A DNA stretch of 64,000 nt from an uncultured Mycoplasmatota bacterium (GTDB lineage Bacteria > Bacillota_I > Bacilli_A > RF39 > UBA660). The stretch spans positions 544 through 64,543 of the forward strand of contig CAMBYP010000001.1 in NCBI GenBank assembly GCA_945872435.1, in the 5' to 3' direction. Below the pieces are notes generated by a model that worked only from the letters and a program-made list of their open reading frames with translations, did not search any database and was not told where the DNA came from. Below are positions 30,612-40,906 of this stretch, in pieces (position 1 is the stretch's first letter; every line of letters begins with the position of its first letter). The position numbers were made by a program, and so were the translations under genes.

Positions 30612-31787
30612 ATGGATGTAAAAGAATTTAAAAAAGCACTAGATGTATTAGAAAAAGAAAAAGGAATTAAAGAAGACGTTATTTATGATGCATTGGAATT
30701 AGCACTTACTTCTGCATATAAAAAAAATTATCACTCTCTTTCTAATGTACGTGTAGATATTAACCGTGAAACTGGAGATATTAAAGTATTTTCTTTTAAA
30801 ACAGTAGTACATGATCCAGATGAATTTGGTTGTATTAATGCTGATGAAGTGGATGCATATTATCAAGCTCATATGGATGATGAGGAAGAAGATGAATCTT
30901 TAGAAGAAGAAGTAAAACCAATTAAATATGATCCTCGTATTCATTTAACAGTAGAAGAAGCTAGAAAATTAGTACCAGGAATAGAAATTGGTGAAACAAT
31001 AGAAGAAGAAGTTACGCCAAAGGATTTTGGCCGTGTTGCAGCTGCAACAGCAAAACAAGTAGTTGTTCAAAAGATTAGAGAAGCAGAAAGAAATAATATT
31101 ATTGAAGAATTTGCTGATAAAGAAGGCGAAATGGTATCAGGAATTGTAGAAATGGAAGATATTAGAAATTATTATATTAGTCTTGGTAGAACACAAGGAA
31201 TTCTTCCTAAATCAGAAATTATTCCTGGAGAAACAATTAAAATGGGGTCTAGTTTAAAAGTTTATATTAGTAGAGTAGAAAATAATTCTAAAGGACCTTT
31301 AATTTTACTTTCTCGTAGTCATTATGGATTTGTAAAACGTTTATTTGAATTAGAAATTCCTGAAATAAATGATGGAACAATTTTAATTTATAGTGTTGCT
31401 CGTGAAGCAGGTGTTAGAAGCAAAGTAGCGGTAATGTCACAAGTTATGAATGTAGATCCTGTTGGAGCTTGTATTGGAGAACATGGTAGTCGTATTGGGC
31501 GTATTATTGATGAGTTAAATGGAGAAAAAATAGATATTATCCCATATGATAATGATGATATGAAATTTATTGAAAATGCTTTAAGTCCAGCTCGTAATTT
31601 ACATGTTTGTATTACTGATGAAAAGAAAAAGATGGCAATGGTAATTGTAGATAATGAAAATCTTTCATTGGCAATTGGTAAAAAGGGACTAAATGTTCGT
31701 TTAGCATCTCGTTTAACACATTATAAGATAGATGTAAAAACATATGAACAAGCTAGAGAAGAAGGTATCAATATAATAGAAGGGTAG
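30612..31787 (+). CDS. nusA: transcription termination/antitermination protein NusA
   Basis: N-terminal LDVLEKEKGI, S1 and KH domains. The ORF-track start at 30603 is GTG. The ATG at 30612 matches the conserved NusA N-terminus. Confidence 0.9.
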   Translation: MDVKEFKKALDVLEKEKGIKEDVIYDALELALTSAYKKNYHSLSNVRVDINRETGDIKVFSFKTVVHDPDEFGCINADEVDAYYQAHMDDEEEDESLEEEVKPIKYDPRIHLTVEEARKLVPGIEIGETIEEEVTPKDFGRVAAATAKQVVVQKIREAERNNIIEEFADKEGEMVSGIVEMEDIRNYYISLGRTQGILPKSEIIPGETIKMGSSLKVYISRVENNSKGPLILLSRSHYGFVKRLFELEIPEINDGTILIYSVAREAGVRSKVAVMSQVMNVDPVGACIGEHGSRIGRIIDELNGEKIDIIPYDNDDMKFIENALSPARNLHVCITDEKKKMAMVIVDNENLSLAIGKKGLNVRLASRLTHYKIDVKTYEQAREEGINIIEG

Positions 31788-31795
31788 TGATATTT

Positions 31796-32062
31796 ATGAA
31801 ACAAAAGAAAATACCAATGCGTACTTGTGTTATCACAAAAGAAAAATACCCCAAAAAAGAATTAATCAGAATTGTTAGAACACCAGATGGAACTGTTGAA
31901 GTTGATACTAATGGTCGTGTGAATGGACATGGAGCTTATTTAAAATTAGAACGTGAAGTTATTTTGAAAGCTCAAAAGACAAAAGCGTTAAATCGTTATT
32001 TAGAAACAGTTGTACCAGATAAAATTTATGAAGAATTATTAAATATGATAAGTGAATCGTAA
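31796..32062 (+). CDS. ylxR: YlxR (RnpM, DUF448) RNA-binding protein
   Basis: MRTCVITKEKYPKKELIRIV motif. Between nusA and infB. Confidence 0.75.
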   Translation: MKQKKIPMRTCVITKEKYPKKELIRIVRTPDGTVEVDTNGRVNGHGAYLKLEREVILKAQKTKALNRYLETVVPDKIYEELLNMISES

Positions 32063-32084
32063 AATTTAGAAAGAGGTGATACTT

Positions 32085-34196
32085 ATGATGAGTGTGTTAG
32101 AATATGCTCAAGATGTGAATAAATCAGTAGAAGAAATTATGGCAGCGTGTAAAAGATTAGGAATTGTAGTAAGTTCAGAGGATGACATGCTAGATGATGA
32201 AGCAATTACTTTATTAGATAATGATACGATTTCAGAAGATGAAAAAGCATTAGAAGAAGCGATAGAAGATCGCGTAGAGGAAATGCTAGATGAATCTAAT
32301 ATTGAAGTAGATAATACAGTTAAAAAAGAAAAGTTAAATAAAAAGAAAAAAGTTCAATCAAAACAACAAAAGAAAGATAATTTTAAAGCTAAGAAAAAAG
32401 AAATGTATAAAAATAAAGAAAAATTAGTTTCTAATACGCCAGTTACAGATGAGAAAACAGTTGTATATAAAGAAGGGATGACTGTTGCTGAATTAGCGAA
32501 TGCATTAGGAGTAAAAAGTGCCGATTTAGTAAAAAAATTATTTACTTTCGGAATTATGTGTACTGTAAATCAAAGTTTGAGTTTTGATAATGCTTCTATT
32601 TTAGCGCTTGAATATGGTAAGGAATTAAAGAATGAAGAAGCTGTTGATGTAACTAATTTTGAAAATTTTGAAATTCATGATAGTGAAGAAGATTTAGTGT
32701 CACGTGCACCTGTTGTGACAATTATGGGACATGTTGATCATGGAAAAACAACATTATTAGATACAATTCGTAAAACTAGTGTAGCTGAAGGAGAAGCTGG
32801 TGGTATTACACAAGCAATTAATGCTTATCAAGTAAAATTTCACAATAAACAAATTACATTTATTGATACCCCAGGTCATGCGGCTTTTACAGAGATGCGT
32901 GCAAGAGGAGCTAGTATTACTGATATTATTATCATTATTGTAGCTGCTGATGATGGAGTGATGCCTCAAACCGAAGAAGCAATTGATCATGCAAAAGCAG
33001 CAGGGGTTCCAATTATTGTAGCAATTAATAAGATGGATAAGCCTGGAGCTAACCCAGATCGTATTATGCAACAATTAACGGAATATGGTTTAACTCCTGA
33101 AGAATGGGGTGGAGATACTTTATACAATCGAATTATTGCAACAACTGGCGATGGAATTGATGATTTATTAGAAAATATTTTATTAATTGCCGATATGGAA
33201 AATTATAAAGCAAATCCAAATCGTTATGCGAGTGGTACTGTTGTTGAATCCAAATTAGATCCACATGTTGGAGCAAGTGTTACATTATTAATTCAAAATG
33301 GAACACTTCGTTTAGGAGATCCAATTGTTGTAGGAACTGCTTATGGAAAAGTACGTACTATGAAAAACGATCGTGATGAAGAAATTACAGAAGCACTTCC
33401 ATCAACTCCTGTATCTATTACAGGATTAAATGAAACTCCAGTAGCTGGAGATAAATTTATGGCTTTTGAAACAGAAAAACAAGCTAGAAGTATTGGAGAA
33501 GACAGAAAAGAACAAGCAAAAACAAAAGAAAGAGCTAGTCATAAAGCTGCTTCTTTAGATGATTTATTTGCTCGTATTCAAAGTGGAACAAAAGAAATTA
33601 ATGTAATTATTAAAGCTGATGTAAATGGTAGTAGCGAAGCAGTAAAAAATTCTTTAGAAAAATTGGTTGTTGAAGATGTACGTGTTCATGTTATTAGATC
33701 TAGTGTAGGAGCAATTACAGAAAGTGATGTTGTTTTAGCAAAAGCATCAGATGCGATTATTATTGGATTTAATGTAAGACCAAATAATATGATTAAAGAT
33801 AGAGCAAAAGAAGCAGGCGTTGAAATTAGACTTTATGATATTATTTATAAAGTTGTTGAAGAAATGGAAGCTGCTATGAAGGGTATGCTAGAACCAGTTT
33901 ATGAAGAAAAAACATTAGGTACTGCAGAAGTTAGACAATTATTTAAATTTTCTAAAGTGGGAACTATTGCTGGTAGTTATGTTACTGATGGTATGATAAA
34001 ACGTTCAAGTAAAGCTCGTGTAATTCGTGATGGTATTGTAATTTATGATGGCAATATCAATTCTGTACAACGTGGTAAAGATACAGTCAAAGAAGTTAAA
34101 AAAGGATTAGAATGTGGAATTACTGTTGAAAACTTTAATGATATTAAAGTAGGAGATACAATTGAATCATACGAAATGGTAGAAATTGCAAGATAA
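32085..34196 (+). CDS. infB: translation initiation factor IF-2
   Basis: G-domain GHVDHGKTTLLD, DTPGH, NKMD. 700 aa. Confidence 0.9.
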   Translation: MMSVLEYAQDVNKSVEEIMAACKRLGIVVSSEDDMLDDEAITLLDNDTISEDEKALEEAIEDRVEEMLDESNIEVDNTVKKEKLNKKKKVQSKQQKKDNFKAKKKEMYKNKEKLVSNTPVTDEKTVVYKEGMTVAELANALGVKSADLVKKLFTFGIMCTVNQSLSFDNASILALEYGKELKNEEAVDVTNFENFEIHDSEEDLVSRAPVVTIMGHVDHGKTTLLDTIRKTSVAEGEAGGITQAINAYQVKFHNKQITFIDTPGHAAFTEMRARGASITDIIIIIVAADDGVMPQTEEAIDHAKAAGVPIIVAINKMDKPGANPDRIMQQLTEYGLTPEEWGGDTLYNRIIATTGDGIDDLLENILLIADMENYKANPNRYASGTVVESKLDPHVGASVTLLIQNGTLRLGDPIVVGTAYGKVRTMKNDRDEEITEALPSTPVSITGLNETPVAGDKFMAFETEKQARSIGEDRKEQAKTKERASHKAASLDDLFARIQSGTKEINVIIKADVNGSSEAVKNSLEKLVVEDVRVHVIRSSVGAITESDVVLAKASDAIIIGFNVRPNNMIKDRAKEAGVEIRLYDIIYKVVEEMEAAMKGMLEPVYEEKTLGTAEVRQLFKFSKVGTIAGSYVTDGMIKRSSKARVIRDGIVIYDGNINSVQRGKDTVKEVKKGLECGITVENFNDIKVGDTIESYEMVEIAR

Positions 34197-34265
34197 GAGG
34201 AAATATCCTCTTTTTTTTTGTTTAAATTAAAATTATTTTCTTATACTATGGATAGGAGGTCTTTT

Positions 34266-35612
34266 ATGAACATAAAAGAAGAAATTTATAATCATGAACA
34301 AGAAATTATATCTCATTTATCAAAATTAATATCTTATCCAAGTATTTATCAAAAAGATGATACTCCCTTTGGTATACAAAATAAGAAATGCTTAGAAGAA
34401 GCACTTAAAATTGCTGATAGTTATGGATTAAAAACAGTCAATTTAGATGATTACTGTGGATATGTAGAGATTGGAGAAGGTAGTGAGATAATTGGTGTTT
34501 TAGCACATTTAGATGTAGTACCAGCAGGGAATGGATGGAATACAGAACCTTTTCAGTTAACAATAAAAGATAACAAAATGTATGGAAGAGGAGTTAGTGA
34601 TGATAAAGGTGCAGTAGTAGCAATGTTATTTGTAATGAATCTATTAAAAAAATTTCAACATAAATTGAACAAAAGAGTGAGATTGATATTAGGATGTAAT
34701 GAAGAATGTGGTTCTCATGATATAGAATATTATATAAAAAAAGAAGGAAATATTTCTATGGGGTTTACACCTGATGGTTCTTTTCCGGTAATTCATGGTG
34801 AAAAAGGTAGAATTTTATTATCCTTTTCAACTTCAAATACCAAAATAATTGATATGATTGGAGGGCAAAGTGATAATGCTGTTCCCGATTATGTTAAATT
34901 TAAAATAAATAATAATTCTTATCAAAAAAAACAATTAGAAAACGATTTAAAAATAAACAATTTACATTATAAAATTACTCAAAACAGTCATAATCATGTG
35001 ATTGAAGTATATGGAAAAGCATCGCATGCTTCAACGCCAGAAAAAGGAAAAAATGCAATTTCTTATGCAATTATGGCATTATATCATGCTGGATATGAAG
35101 ATGAATTTATTAAAAATTATGTAAAATATATCGGAACTTCTTTCGATGGGAAAAATTTAAATATAAAATGTTCTGATGAATATGGAAGCTTAACTTGTAA
35201 TCAAGGAATGTTAAAAAAAGAAAATGATAAAATGATAGGAACAATAGATATTCGTGTTCCTGTTACTTATCCCGTAGAACAAATATTAAAACAGTTACAA
35301 ACTTTGAAAATACCAAATTGGACTTTTCAAATTTTAGATGTTAGTCCTTCTCTTTTTTATCCTATTGATCATCCTCTTGTTCATTCTTTACAACAAGCAT
35401 ATATAAAAGTGACAGGCGATGAAAATACACTTCCTATTACAACAGGTGGAGGAACATATGCGAAAAGTATAGATCATTGTGTTGCTTTTGGTTGTGCTTT
35501 TCCTGATACCTTCAATCATATCCATCAAGCCAATGAAGTATTATTAAAGGAAGAATTGTGGAAGCAAATAGAAATTTATTATATTGCAATTTGTAATCTT
35601 TTAAAAATATAA
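34266..35612 (+). CDS. M20 family dipeptidase (PepV/Sapep-like)
   Basis: HLDVVPAG and SDDKG metal-binding motifs. AGGAGG RBS before the ATG at 34266. Confidence 0.7.
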   Translation: MNIKEEIYNHEQEIISHLSKLISYPSIYQKDDTPFGIQNKKCLEEALKIADSYGLKTVNLDDYCGYVEIGEGSEIIGVLAHLDVVPAGNGWNTEPFQLTIKDNKMYGRGVSDDKGAVVAMLFVMNLLKKFQHKLNKRVRLILGCNEECGSHDIEYYIKKEGNISMGFTPDGSFPVIHGEKGRILLSFSTSNTKIIDMIGGQSDNAVPDYVKFKINNNSYQKKQLENDLKINNLHYKITQNSHNHVIEVYGKASHASTPEKGKNAISYAIMALYHAGYEDEFIKNYVKYIGTSFDGKNLNIKCSDEYGSLTCNQGMLKKENDKMIGTIDIRVPVTYPVEQILKQLQTLKIPNWTFQILDVSPSLFYPIDHPLVHSLQQAYIKVTGDENTLPITTGGGTYAKSIDHCVAFGCAFPDTFNHIHQANEVLLKEELWKQIEIYYIAICNLLKI

Positions 35613-35632
35613 AAAAAAGAGATTTCTCTCTT

Positions 35633-36028
35633 TTAGTCAATAAAGATAGATGTCGTTTGTTTTCTTTCTTCATTTTCTTTTGGAAAGGTAATTTTTAAAC
35701 TTCCATCTTTAAATTTTGCTTTGATTTCTTTTTCATCAATATCACCAACATAGAAGGAACGAGATACTTCTCCATAGTGACGTTCACGACGAATATATTT
35801 GTTATTTTCTTCAAAATTATCTTCTTTAGAAGCTTGAATTGTTAAATAACCATCTTTATAATCGACATGAATATTATTTTTATCGAATCCTGGTAAATCA
35901 GCTTCTAGGTGGTATTTACCATCTTTTTCATAAATATCTGTTTTCATCACATTTGTATCTTTCCATCCTTTTGTGTCAAATAAATCAAATGCATCATCAA
36001 AAAAATGATTTCTAGGAATTAAATCCAT
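35633..36028 (-). CDS. Hsp20/alpha-crystallin family small heat shock protein
   Basis: Alpha-crystallin domain (DIYEKDGKYHLEADLPGFDK). I chose the ATG at 36028 because a GGAGGTGG RBS sits immediately upstream; the track start at 36043 is TTG. Confidence 0.8.
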   Translation of the reverse strand: MDLIPRNHFFDDAFDLFDTKGWKDTNVMKTDIYEKDGKYHLEADLPGFDKNNIHVDYKDGYLTIQASKEDNFEENNKYIRRERHYGEVSRSFYVGDIDEKEIKAKFKDGSLKITFPKENEERKQTTSIFID

Positions 36029-36154
36029 ATCTTCCACCTCCAATTTTAATATAGCACCAAATTGTGGGAGAAATATGTCAAAACAAAATATATTGAAAAT
36101 TTTTTTTCTTTATGTATGAATAGATACATGATATAATATTGATGAGGTGAAATT

Positions 36155-36508
36155 ATGAACCAAGTAAAAATAGAACGTGTAAATAGTTTATTAGAAAAAG
36201 AAATCAGTACTATTTTAATGATGGAAGTAAAAGATCCAGATATTCGTTTTGTAACTGTTACAAAAGTAAACACTACTAATGATTTAAGTTATGCTAAAGT
36301 ATATGTAACAGTATTAAAAGATGATAAAAAAGAGGAAACATTAAAAGCTTTAAAAGAAGCAAAAGGCTTTATTCGAAAAGAGTTAATGAATCGTGTTGAA
36401 CTGAGATATGTTCCAGAATTACAATTTGTATATGATGATTCTATTGCTTACGGTCAAAAAATAGAATCAATTATTGATGAATTACATGAAGAAGAAAAGG
36501 ACAATTAG
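36155..36508 (+). CDS. rbfA: ribosome-binding factor A
   Basis: RVNSLLEKEIS...DPDIRFVTVTKV motif. 117 aa. Confidence 0.85.
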   Translation: MNQVKIERVNSLLEKEISTILMMEVKDPDIRFVTVTKVNTTNDLSYAKVYVTVLKDDKKEETLKALKEAKGFIRKELMNRVELRYVPELQFVYDDSIAYGQKIESIIDELHEEEKDN

Positions 36509-36575
36509 TCCTTTTTATTTGACAAATTTACTCTCTTTTGTTAGAATATGACACACTACAAAAGGGGATGAAAAA

Positions 36576-38120
36576 ATGAATATTTTTGGTTTATTAGAGT
36601 CTTGGATAAATGATCATACAACTACAGATCATTTTGTTTTTTCTAGTAATATGAGTAGTGAAAAAATAGAAAAAACAATCTATGAATATTTGGAAGATCA
36701 TTTGAATCGTTATCAGCAATTAAGTGAAGAAATACAAGAAAATAAACGTAAGATGCAATTTATTCAACAAATATTAAAAAAACCATCTTCTATTTTACTA
36801 CGTTTATCAAAAATGAATGAAAAACAAAGAATGTGGGTTAGTGGTGCGATTTCAGCGAGTGATTTAAATATTATTCAACATGTGATATGTCCTACAACTT
36901 CATTAAGATGTAACTCTAGTCAGTCTGAAGTACAGTTTGCAATTGACATGGCAAAACAGTTAAATATTTTACTTCAAAAAATTAATATTAAACAAGATGC
37001 TTTACAACAGATTGTGAGAAGTGATTATTGTAATATTTCACAAATAACTGCGATTTCTCAACATTTAAAAAATAATGAGTTATATCGTTTTTCTAAAAAA
37101 CAACAAGAAATGATACGACAAGTATTAAATACTTATGAAGATGGGGAAGAATTATTAAAAGCAAGTGATCATTTATTTTATTTAGCAGAACAAAAATATC
37201 AAAAAAAACAACAAGAAAAAGAATATTTAAATGTACAATCTAAAATTGTAACTTTAAAAAAGAAAAAAGAAGTAAATATAAAAAAAGAAAACGATAAAAA
37301 TGATCAGTTGTTAGAAAAATTAGAAATAGAAACACCAGTAGAAATAAAGCCAAAAGATTATAAATGCCATTTAGAAGAAGAAAATTATTGGAATTCAATT
37401 AAAACGATTGAACATTTATCACAATTAGAACAATATTTACCAAAATATGATTATTCTAATTATCGTGATATAATGAAATACTTGTTAAAAAAAGTCAAAG
37501 AAGAAATGGATGACTATCTTTTGTTGGTTGATTCAGAATTAGAGGAAGAAAAAGAAGTAATTGATAATCAAATTTCTTTCTTGTCTAATATGTTTGAAAT
37601 ATTAAAAAATCATTTTGTTCAATATTATCATCAATATGATGATTTAGAGCAGGTAAATCATGAATTATCATTTGAAAAAAATCAATTATTTTTTGTTGAA
37701 AAAAAATCTGGAACACCGTATTTACTTTCGGATTTAGAAAGTAATGCTTTTAACAAAGAAAGATTAACTGCAGTAAAAAAACTTTTACTTCAATTACAAC
37801 AAGATACATTTCCTAGAGATGAGAAACATTTTAGAAAATTTAGCAATAATCAAAGAATTACAAAATATTTTAATGTGTATGAATTAAAAGATTATCAAAC
37901 AAGACTGTTGTTTACTTACGTTGGCCCTCATAAAATAGCAGTGATTATGGCATTTTGTAAAAAAACAGATAATTCTGTTTCTATTTTGAATACAGTGTCT
38001 AATCGTATGATTGAGTGTTCTAACAAAATTATGGAATTAAAAGAATGGATTTTAAATGATGAAATGCCTGAAAATTATTTAAAAAAACAAGAAGCATTGG
38101 GAAGACAATTGACGAAATAA
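36576..38120 (+). CDS. hypothetical protein (514 aa), coiled-coil rich, with a C-terminal RelE/ParE-like motif
   Basis: Strong RBS AAAGGGGA. No recognisable family domain. The C-terminal ~90 aa resemble a RelE/ParE beta-core. Confidence 0.45.
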   Translation: MNIFGLLESWINDHTTTDHFVFSSNMSSEKIEKTIYEYLEDHLNRYQQLSEEIQENKRKMQFIQQILKKPSSILLRLSKMNEKQRMWVSGAISASDLNIIQHVICPTTSLRCNSSQSEVQFAIDMAKQLNILLQKINIKQDALQQIVRSDYCNISQITAISQHLKNNELYRFSKKQQEMIRQVLNTYEDGEELLKASDHLFYLAEQKYQKKQQEKEYLNVQSKIVTLKKKKEVNIKKENDKNDQLLEKLEIETPVEIKPKDYKCHLEEENYWNSIKTIEHLSQLEQYLPKYDYSNYRDIMKYLLKKVKEEMDDYLLLVDSELEEEKEVIDNQISFLSNMFEILKNHFVQYYHQYDDLEQVNHELSFEKNQLFFVEKKSGTPYLLSDLESNAFNKERLTAVKKLLLQLQQDTFPRDEKHFRKFSNNQRITKYFNVYELKDYQTRLLFTYVGPHKIAVIMAFCKKTDNSVSILNTVSNRMIECSNKIMELKEWILNDEMPENYLKKQEALGRQLTK

Positions 38121-38149
38121 AATACATATGATATGATGAAAACGTATTT

Positions 38150-38362
38150 ATTTTGCAGTGAATGATTCATAGTAAAAAAAATATTAGTAAAAAGAGAACT
38201 TATGGTTGGTGAAAATAAGTCAAGATATTTTTTTGAAATACAAATCAGGAGTAAAATCGTATCTCGCGTTAAGAGAAGAGTGCATAAAGTATTTTATGAA
38301 TTAAGGTGGTACCGCGGTAATTCCGTCCTTAAAACATAGAATACTTTTTTGTTTTAGGAGGG
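38150..38362 (+). promoter_or_regulatory. T-box riboswitch leader (tyrosine specifier) of tyrS
   Basis: T-box consensus aattaaGGTGGTACCGCGg at 38301-38319. Candidate UAC specifier at 38239-38241 in a gaaaUACAaa loop. Terminator hairpin (gtattttatgaattaagg...ccttaaaacatagaatac) with a T6 tail at 38345-38350. Confidence 0.75.
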
Positions 38363-38367
38363 ATAAT

Positions 38368-39603
38368 ATGACTTTATATGAAGATTTAATGTGGCGAGGA
38401 TTAATTAAGGACGCTGCTGGAGAAGATTTACAAAAAAAATTGGATGAAGAGAAAGTAACTTTTTATTGGGGAACTGATCCAACAGCAGATAGTTTGCATT
38501 TAGGTCACTATTCATCACTTGTGACTGCAAAACGTTTAGCAAAAGCAGGACATCATCCGATTTTGTTAGTAGGGGGAGCAACTGGATTAATTGGAGATCC
38601 TAGACCAACTGCTGAAAGAGAATTAATTTCTAAAGAAACAGTAGAAAAAAATTTGGATGGTATTAGAAATCAAGTACAAAGAATTTTTGAAGGAAAAGCA
38701 GAAGTCGTAAATAATTATGAATGGACAAAAGATATTAGCTTCTTAGATTTTTTAAGAGATGTTGGTAAATATATTAATGTCAATTATATGTTAAATAAAG
38801 ATATTATTAATCGTCGTTTAGATACAGGAATTACATATGCAGAATTTTCTTATACTTTAATTCAAGGAAATGATTTTTTACACTTATTTCAAGAAAAAAA
38901 TTGTATTATGCAAGTAGAAGGTTCTGATCAATGGGGAAATATCACAACAGGTATTGATTTAATTAAAAAGAAATTAAATAAAACTGCTTATGGATTTACT
39001 ATGCCATTAATCTTAGATAAATATGGTAATAAATTTGGTAAAAGCGAAGGAAATGCTTTGTGGTTAGATAAAAATAAAACTTCTTCATATGAATTGTATC
39101 AATATTTAATTAATACTGACGATGAAATGGTAATTCACTATTTAAAAGTATTTACATTCTTATCTAAAGAGGAAATAGAAGCAATTGAAAAAGAACAATT
39201 AGCACATCCTGAAACTCGTATTGCTCAAAAAACTTTGGCTCGTGAAATGATTACAGATTTACATGGTAAAGAAGAATTTGAAAAGGCTGAAGAAATGAGC
39301 CAATTATTGTTTAAAGGAAATATTAAAGGATTAGCAGTTTGTGATTTACAAATAGGTTTAAAAGATGTTCCACATTTTTCTATTACAGAAAAAATGAATT
39401 TAGTAGATTTTTTAGTAACAAATAAAATTGCAAGTAGTAAAAGAGAAGCTCGTGAATGGATTCAAGCAGGTAGTATTACAGTAAATGGTGATAAAATAAC
39501 AGATTTAGAATTTATTGTAACGAAAGAAGATGCACTAGAACAAACATTAACGATTGTTCGTCGCGGAAAGAAAAAGTATTATGTAGGCACATGGCATGAA
39601 TGA
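38368..39603 (+). CDS. tyrS: tyrosine--tRNA ligase
   Basis: HIGH-type motif LHLGHY, KMSKS-type KFGKS, and the C-terminal S4 domain. Confidence 0.9.
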   Translation: MTLYEDLMWRGLIKDAAGEDLQKKLDEEKVTFYWGTDPTADSLHLGHYSSLVTAKRLAKAGHHPILLVGGATGLIGDPRPTAERELISKETVEKNLDGIRNQVQRIFEGKAEVVNNYEWTKDISFLDFLRDVGKYINVNYMLNKDIINRRLDTGITYAEFSYTLIQGNDFLHLFQEKNCIMQVEGSDQWGNITTGIDLIKKKLNKTAYGFTMPLILDKYGNKFGKSEGNALWLDKNKTSSYELYQYLINTDDEMVIHYLKVFTFLSKEEIEAIEKEQLAHPETRIAQKTLAREMITDLHGKEEFEKAEEMSQLLFKGNIKGLAVCDLQIGLKDVPHFSITEKMNLVDFLVTNKIASSKREAREWIQAGSITVNGDKITDLEFIVTKEDALEQTLTIVRRGKKKYYVGTWHE

Positions 39604-40279
39604 AAAAATAAAATGGATTGATAATTTAGATTTTCATTTTCCTATTTTTCATGAAAATATGGATAATATCATTTATCAAATAGATTCTGAACGACTAGTT
39701 AAAATATACAAGAGTCATATTTCAGAAAGTAAGAAATCACAAATTACTATGATGGTACAATATTTTTTAAATCATCCTAATGATAAAGATATTGTACCTG
39801 AAAAAGTATGGTTATCTAATGAAGGATTCTTAGGTTATGAAATGAGATATGAAAAAAATTATCAACCACTTTCAACACAATTGAAACTTTTGAATTATCA
39901 TCAAATAGTTGAATTATTATATTGTGTGGAACAAGAACTTTTATCACACAATCATGCATATATTTATACTGATATTGATGTTGATAATATTTTATATAAC
40001 AATGGAGAAATGAAATGGATAGACTTTGATGATTGCCTTATAACTAATACATTAACATTAGAACAAAAAAAGATGTCATTACAACATCAACGTAGTATTT
40101 TTAATATATTTGCGATATCACTTTTATATCAAGTTTCATTAGAAGATATTTATTATATAGATAAAACAAAAAAATTATCAGATGAGCAAAAAGAACAAAT
40201 TAGAGAGTTATTATTAAATCATTATCATTCCATTGATTCATTGTTAAAACATTATGATTCATTTATGAAACAAAAATAA
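39596..40279 (+). CDS. small protein kinase-like fold protein (atypical), translationally coupled to tyrS
   Basis: VKIYK (beta3 Lys-like), catalytic-loop-like YTDIDVDNILY, and IDFD (DFG-like). 8-bp overlap with tyrS. Confidence 0.45.
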   Translation: MNEKIKWIDNLDFHFPIFHENMDNIIYQIDSERLVKIYKSHISESKKSQITMMVQYFLNHPNDKDIVPEKVWLSNEGFLGYEMRYEKNYQPLSTQLKLLNYHQIVELLYCVEQELLSHNHAYIYTDIDVDNILYNNGEMKWIDFDDCLITNTLTLEQKKMSLQHQRSIFNIFAISLLYQVSLEDIYYIDKTKKLSDEQKEQIRELLLNHYHSIDSLLKHYDSFMKQK

Positions 40280-40304
40280 AAGGAAGCGTTGCTTCCTTTT
40301 TTAT
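40279..40304. terminator. bidirectional intrinsic terminator between the kinase-like gene and rpsD
   Basis: aggaagcgttgcttcct hairpin plus T6. Confidence 0.6.
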
Positions 40305-40906
40305 TAACGGTTGTAGAATTCAACGATTAATGCTTCATTAATTTCTGGGTTTAATTCGCTTCTTTCAGGATATCTTACATATGTAGCACTCATATTTTTT
40401 TCATCATATGTAATAAATTCAACACGTTTATTGATAGCTTCTAAACTAGCTTTAATTACTGGATGTTCTTTTGAGTTTTCTTTTACTGCAATTACATCAC
40501 CAGGTTTTACTTGGTATGATGGAATATCTACTTTTTTTCCATTTACAGTAATGTGTCCGTGGTTTACTAATTGTCTTGCTCCTCTTCTTGTAGTAGCAAA
40601 TCCAATACGATAAACTAAGTTATCTAAACGACTTTCTAATAATTTTAATAAATCTTCACCATGAACTCCTTTTAATTTTCCAGCCATGTCGAATGTTTTT
40701 CTGAATTGTTTTTCAGTTAACCCATACATATATCTAACTTTTTGTTTTTCTTGAAGTTGTTCACCATAGTTAGATAATTTTTTTCTACGATTTTGTCCGT
40801 GAGCACCAGGTCCATATGGTTTCTTTGCTAATTCTTTACCAGTTTCAGTTGTAGAGAAACCAACACGACGAGCTCTTCTGTACTCAGATCCTGTGTATCT
40901 TGCCAT
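40304..40906 (-). CDS. rpsD: 30S ribosomal protein S4
   Basis: [15 protein letters not shown]-terminus and the S4 domain. An untranslated leader of about 280 bp lies upstream (40907-41190). Confidence 0.9.
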   Translation of the reverse strand: MARYTGSEYRRARRVGFSTTETGKELAKKPYGPGAHGQNRRKKLSNYGEQLQEKQKVRYMYGLTEKQFRKTFDMAGKLKGVHGEDLLKLLESRLDNLVYRIGFATTRRGARQLVNHGHITVNGKKVDIPSYQVKPGDVIAVKENSKEHPVIKASLEAINKRVEFITYDEKNMSATYVRYPERSELNPEINEALIVEFYNR

